Assembly (NCBI GenBank): GCA_001782825.1
Contig: MFPS01000008.1
Coordinates: 73,012-137,011 of the forward strand
Length of the DNA stretch: 64,000 bases
Reading direction: 5' to 3'
Origin: Candidatus Magasanikbacteria bacterium RIFCSPHIGHO2_01_FULL_33_34
GTDB taxonomy: Bacteria > Patescibacteriota > Patescibacteriia > Magasanikbacterales > UBA922
Shown here: piece after piece, positions 60,368 through 64,000 of the stretch
Position numbering within the stretch: position 1 is the first letter of the stretch
Layout of the letters: the number at the start of each line of letters is the position of its first letter
Position numbers and translations under genes: made by a program
The notes under the pieces: generated by a model
The model's database searches: none
Told to the model about the DNA's origin: nothing
What the model saw: the letters and a program-made list of their open reading frames with translations, nothing else

Positions 60368-60637
60368 TTATTTATTAAATTTGGTCACTTTTAAAATCTC
60401 TTTTATTTTTTCTTCTTGCTTCTTTTTATTTTTAGAAATCATCGCTGATTTGAAACATGTTTTTAAGTGTTGTTCCATTATTTTTTGGTTGGCAGATTTG
60501 AGTAGGCCTATTACTGCTAGGTTTTGTTGCATAATATCTATACAATATTTTCCATCTTCTTTCATTTTTATAATTTTATTCAGTAAACTTTGTGCTTTCT
60601 TGAAATTCACTATAGGGCTTTTCTTTTTTTCAGACAT
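60368..60637 (-). CDS. csoR: CsoR/RcnR family metal-sensing repressor
   Basis: YCIDIMQQ ... HLKTC (Cys-His-Cys Cu(I) ligands). Confidence 0.9.
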   Translation of the reverse strand: MSEKKKSPIVNFKKAQSLLNKIIKMKEDGKYCIDIMQQNLAVIGLLKSANQKIMEQHLKTCFKSAMISKNKKKQEEKIKEILKVTKFNK

Positions 60638-60658
60638 ATGTTATTATTATAATTGATT

Positions 60659-60679
60659 AATACCTATACCATAGGTATT
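60659..60679. promoter_or_regulatory. Putative CsoR operator
   Basis: Perfect palindrome AATACCTAT-acc-ATAGGTATT between divergent genes; ATACC..GGTAT type. Confidence 0.8.
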
Positions 60680-60750
60680 GGAATATTATATCATTGCATT
60701 GTTTATTTTACAATATATATATTATTGTGGACAAAGATATATTAATTTAT

Positions 60751-61173
60751 ATGAATAAAAAAATTATAGCTACTTTGTTGATTTTGATTGTATTTACAAT
60801 TCATAGTTTGTTGGTTAAAACTATGATGAATATGGAATCCAATCATGATTGTCCTTTATCAATTTTGATGACTGGAGAATGTTTGGCAGATTCTACTCCA
60901 ATTGAAGTATTGTCTTTTCATGATCATTTAATTTTTACTGTTCAAACAGGTAATATTGTATTTTTAATAATATTTTTGATTATAGTAGCTTGGTTTTATA
61001 GTAAGAATGACTTTTTAAAATACTTGTTTAAGTCTAAAGTTTTTTATATACATAAATGGCAGTTTATATATTTTTTATATTATCAAAAAATTAGGGATTG
61101 GTCTTCTTATTTTTTTAGAATTCCTAAATTATCAAGTATCGGGCGTTTAAACTTATTGTATAAGTTTATTTAA
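60751..61173 (+). CDS. Membrane leader protein with Met/His/Cys motif
   Basis: TM, MMNMESNHDCP..GECL, TM; ATG 60751 preferred. Confidence 0.7.
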   Translation: MNKKIIATLLILIVFTIHSLLVKTMMNMESNHDCPLSILMTGECLADSTPIEVLSFHDHLIFTVQTGNIVFLIIFLIIVAWFYSKNDFLKYLFKSKVFYIHKWQFIYFLYYQKIRDWSSYFFRIPKLSSIGRLNLLYKFI

Positions 61174-61217
61174 AGTTAGTTCTTAAACGCCCACTATCTT
61201 TTAAATAGTGGGTTTTT
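61141..61217 (+). promoter_or_regulatory. Overlapping antiterminator/terminator (attenuator)
   Basis: GGGCGTTTAA(61141-50)/TTAAACGCCC(61183-92) overlaps CCCACTAT(61190-97)/ATAGTGGG(61205-12)+TTTTT. Confidence 0.65.
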
Positions 61218-61236
61218 AATTATATAAGTATAAAAT

Positions 61237-61719
61237 ATGAAAAATAAAAAATTAATTTATGGATTTGTTGCAATAGTTATTCTGGTTGGTGGTTTGGTAA
61301 TAAAATCAAATATAAAATCTAATGTAGATTTGACAGATTCTGATCAATTAAAAGATAAATTGGTATTGTATCGATCACCTAATTGTGGTTGCTGTGTTAA
61401 TTATGCAGCTTATTTAAAAAAAGAAGGTTATGAAGTTGAAATCATATCAACTGATGATATGAACACTGTGAAGGAGGAAAAAAGAGTTCCTTTTAACATG
61501 TCTAGTTGTCATACTGTAGTAATGGGAGATTATGTAATTGAAGGTCATATTCCTGTAGAAGGTATAAAAAAATTAGCTAGTGAGAGACCAAATATTGTTG
61601 GTATAACTCTTCCGGATATGCCACAAGGTTCACCAGGAATGCCAGGAAGAAAAGTTGGTTTGTTTGATATTTATTCTATAGAAAATGATGGTAATACTTC
61701 ATTATTTACTCAACTTTAA
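61237..61719 (+). CDS. DUF411/CopG-like copper-binding protein
   Basis: SPNCGCC, SCHT, EGHIP and MPQGSPGM motifs. Confidence 0.92.
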   Translation: MKNKKLIYGFVAIVILVGGLVIKSNIKSNVDLTDSDQLKDKLVLYRSPNCGCCVNYAAYLKKEGYEVEIISTDDMNTVKEEKRVPFNMSSCHTVVMGDYVIEGHIPVEGIKKLASERPNIVGITLPDMPQGSPGMPGRKVGLFDIYSIENDGNTSLFTQL

Positions 61720-61720
61720 T

Positions 61721-62242
61721 ATGAAAAATAAATTTATTATAGCCGGATTATTTTTATTTTTTCCTGCAACTGCAAAAGCTCACTGTCCTTTATGTACTGC
61801 AGGAGCAGGGTTTTTGGCTATTTGGGCAACATATCTTGGGGTTAGTAGTTATATAATAGGGATAATGATAGGGGCCTTTGCAATGGCTTTGGCTTTTTGG
61901 GTTCCCAGGATTATCAAGAAAAAGTATATGCCTTATCAAGATATATTTTTGATGATAATTATATTTTTTTCAACCATAATTCCAATTATGCCTTTTATTC
62001 AAGATTATACATCGTTTAATATATATTGGTTTGGTGAATATGGCGGAGTTTTCAATAAAACTTATATGGTAAGTAGATTTTTGATAGGGAGTTTTATTGG
62101 GGCTTTTGTTATGTTTGTTTCTCCATATATAAGCAAAAAAATTATTAAAATAAGAAGTGGTAAATTAGTTCCTTATCAAGGAATATTGATTACTTTTTTT
62201 ATTTTATTAACAACCTCATTATTATTCCAATATTCTATATGA
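61721..62242 (+). CDS. Membrane protein with HCPLC motif
   Basis: Signal-like N-terminus, AHCPLCTAG, four TMs. Confidence 0.8.
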   Translation: MKNKFIIAGLFLFFPATAKAHCPLCTAGAGFLAIWATYLGVSSYIIGIMIGAFAMALAFWVPRIIKKKYMPYQDIFLMIIIFFSTIIPIMPFIQDYTSFNIYWFGEYGGVFNKTYMVSRFLIGSFIGAFVMFVSPYISKKIIKIRSGKLVPYQGILITFFILLTTSLLFQYSI

Positions 62243-62679
62243 ATGATATAACTCTAACTTTTTTAATTATAGTTTTACTGTTTGTATTTCTATTATTTTT
62301 AAAAAAGTTTGTAAAAATAGACTATTGTGTAATATGCGCTAGTATAAGTTTAACGTGGATATCACTTTTGTTTTTGTATTGGTATGGAATGTATTCAAAT
62401 TTGACTATGCTTGCGGTTTTGATGGGGCAGAGTGCAGTTGGTTTTTACTATTTTGTTCAAAAACATATAAAAGAAAATTTACTTTTATTCCGTTTGCCTT
62501 TTTTACTCACAGAAACATGGATAATATTGTTTTTATTGGGTGGAGTAACTGTTTTTGACAAATCATTTTTACTAATTGTATTATCTTGGTTTGCAATTAT
62601 TATTTTATATATTTATAGAAATAATAAAAAAATGAATATAATTGTAAAAAAAATAATAGCTTGTTGTAAAAATTGGTAA
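62239..62679 (+). CDS. Membrane protein with CxxC and C-terminal CC
   Basis: YCVICAS..., ends IIACCKNW. Confidence 0.8.
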   Translation: MNDITLTFLIIVLLFVFLLFLKKFVKIDYCVICASISLTWISLLFLYWYGMYSNLTMLAVLMGQSAVGFYYFVQKHIKENLLLFRLPFLLTETWIILFLLGGVTVFDKSFLLIVLSWFAIIILYIYRNNKKMNIIVKKIIACCKNW

Positions 62680-62692
62680 TTAAGTAAATTAT

Positions 62693-63445
62693 ATGAATAA
62701 ATTAGAATCAAATATTCAAACGAAAAAATCGTCAACAAAAATAGATATACAATTATCTATACAAAAAATAGCTATAGTATTGGTGGGTATATTGTTTGTT
62801 ACCAATCAGGCGCTTGCCATTAATATTGGTAAACAATTTATTCATGAAGATATGAGAAACATAGTGGGGCTTACAGGTAATTTTGCAAAAGATATTGCTC
62901 ATCTTGTAACTCCTTCGTCTATGCCATTTTATGGGGTTGAGCTTGGTCTTGATATGTCGAGTTTAAATGCTATAAATGTGTCAATTGCAAAATTAGGAAA
63001 AATGGCACCAATGCAAGGAAGTAATCCTATACAATTAAACAGTGAAGAAATGAAAAGATATATTGAAATTGGCACTGAACCGTATGTTACTTGTGAATTT
63101 TGTTGTGGTGTAAAAACATTAGTGCGTGAAGATGGTAGTCCAACTTGTGGCTGTGCTCATTCTATTGCAATGCGTGGAACAGCGGCATATTTAATAAAAA
63201 ATTATCCTGAGATGACCAATGCCGAAATTGCTTATGAGTTGATGCGACAGAAAGGAATGTATTTCCCCGGACAGATGCAAGAGAGAATGGCTAGTTCACT
63301 CTCAGGTGATTTAGCTGAAGCCAAACCGGATATCAAATATCTAATCATGAATTTAACAGAGGAAGAATTGAAAGATTTACAGAAAAAAGCCAAAAATTCA
63401 GGATTTAAACCGGAAGCAAACTCTGAAATGATAGGTGGATGCTAG
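62693..63445 (+). CDS. Membrane-anchored Cys-rich protein ending MIGGC
   Basis: TCEFCCG...CGCAHS motif. Confidence 0.82.
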   Translation: MNKLESNIQTKKSSTKIDIQLSIQKIAIVLVGILFVTNQALAINIGKQFIHEDMRNIVGLTGNFAKDIAHLVTPSSMPFYGVELGLDMSSLNAINVSIAKLGKMAPMQGSNPIQLNSEEMKRYIEIGTEPYVTCEFCCGVKTLVREDGSPTCGCAHSIAMRGTAAYLIKNYPEMTNAEIAYELMRQKGMYFPGQMQERMASSLSGDLAEAKPDIKYLIMNLTEEELKDLQKKAKNSGFKPEANSEMIGGC

Positions 63446-63450
63446 GTGGA

Positions 63451-63538
63451 GAAGAATAAGCAAATAAGGCAGAGTAAGCAAACTAAGTATTTAATTAATA
63501 AGTCTAGATTCAATATTCTAGATTCTAAATTTTAAATT
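63451..63538. repeat. Degenerate 9-mer and 7-mer tandem repeats
   Basis: AATAAGCAAATAAGGCAGAGTAAGCAAACTAAG; TCTAGAT/TCTAGAT/TCTAAAT/TTTAAAT. Confidence 0.6.
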
Positions 63539-63727
63539 ATGTTATCACAAAAAACATTAACAGCATTGTTGGTAATAGCAGTGTTTGCGCTTTCATACCA
63601 AACTGTAACATTGGGTATGATGAGCAAAAAATTGGAAACAGCCAAAATTGGTATTGGCGCATCGCCAACCGCGATTAATCTTACCGATGATGGAGGCACA
63701 GCGCCTGCAATGGTAGGAGGGTGCTAA
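63539..63727 (+). CDS. Small membrane-anchored protein ending MVGGC
   Basis: N-terminal TM; C-terminal APAMVGGC. Confidence 0.8.
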   Translation: MLSQKTLTALLVIAVFALSYQTVTLGMMSKKLETAKIGIGASPTAINLTDDGGTAPAMVGGC

Positions 63728-63812
63728 ATAAGCAAATTAAGCAGAATAAGTAATAAGCAGAGTAAGACATTAAAAAATACTTAATACTTTATACTAAATA
63801 TTTAATACTAAT
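63727..63812. repeat. Degenerate 9-mer and 7-mer tandem repeats
   Basis: TAAGCAAATTAAGCAGAATAAGTAATAAGCAGAGTAAG; TACTTAA/TACTTTA/TACTAAA/TATTTAA. Confidence 0.6.
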
Positions 63813-63818
63813 AAATAT

Positions 63819-64000
63819 ATGATAGAAGAAAAAAAAGATTGTTGTGCTGAGCATGACATAAAAAAAGAATCTGATGGCTGTAAGGATAAGACAATGAAAG
63901 AGGCACATAATGCCGGCAGGAGCCCAAACCAAATACTTATTACGGTTTTGGCTGTTGTGGTTGCGATAAATATTTTAACAATGGGATTTTTTACTTATTC
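63819..64000 (+). CDS. Partial CDS with Cys/His-rich N-terminus then TM (continues the metal operon)
   Basis: MIEEKKDCCAEHD...ILITVLAVVVAINILTMGFF, open to the window end. Confidence 0.7.
   Translation, partial: MIEEKKDCCAEHDIKKESDGCKDKTMKEAHNAGRSPNQILITVLAVVVAINILTMGFFTY

Noticed and set aside
63451-63812. CRISPR array
   Set aside because: Units are 7-9 bp, degenerate and lack spacers; no cas genes

Overview
AT-rich bacterial chromosome segment (code 11). Gene content points to Patescibacteria/CPR (inference): CPR-type VirD4/HerA-like ATPase, stand-alone SWIB protein, pilM/pilin/pilD, tandem LOG protein and the CCTGCCTGCCGGCAGGCAGG palindrome. Most of it is housekeeping: DEAD helicase, typA, malic enzyme, ABC-F, cspA, greA, dnaX, cysS, ligA, gatCA, lgt, rpmA, ftsW/murG, ccdA with thioredoxins, P-type ATPase, murE, ftsB/prsA/ftsEX and an RND pump, plus six tRNAs. 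Highlights: (1) tRNA-Asn(GUU) split inside the anticodon (35/36) by a 481-nt ORF-less group I intron with P7.1/P7.2 (IA-like); (2) an unidentified ~275-nt structured RNA with its own promoter between ligA and gatC; (3) a duplicated, covarying three-way-junction element on both sides of murE, next to a translin/TRAX-like nuclease; (4) a CsoR copper locus whose leader ORF ends in an overlapping antiterminator/terminator and whose operon encodes two proteins ending in M[IV]GGC; (5) a cluster of unannotated single-TM micropeptides beside the intron tRNA; (6) lgt overlapping tRNA-Ser. No CRISPR, rRNA, transposase or integrase was seen.
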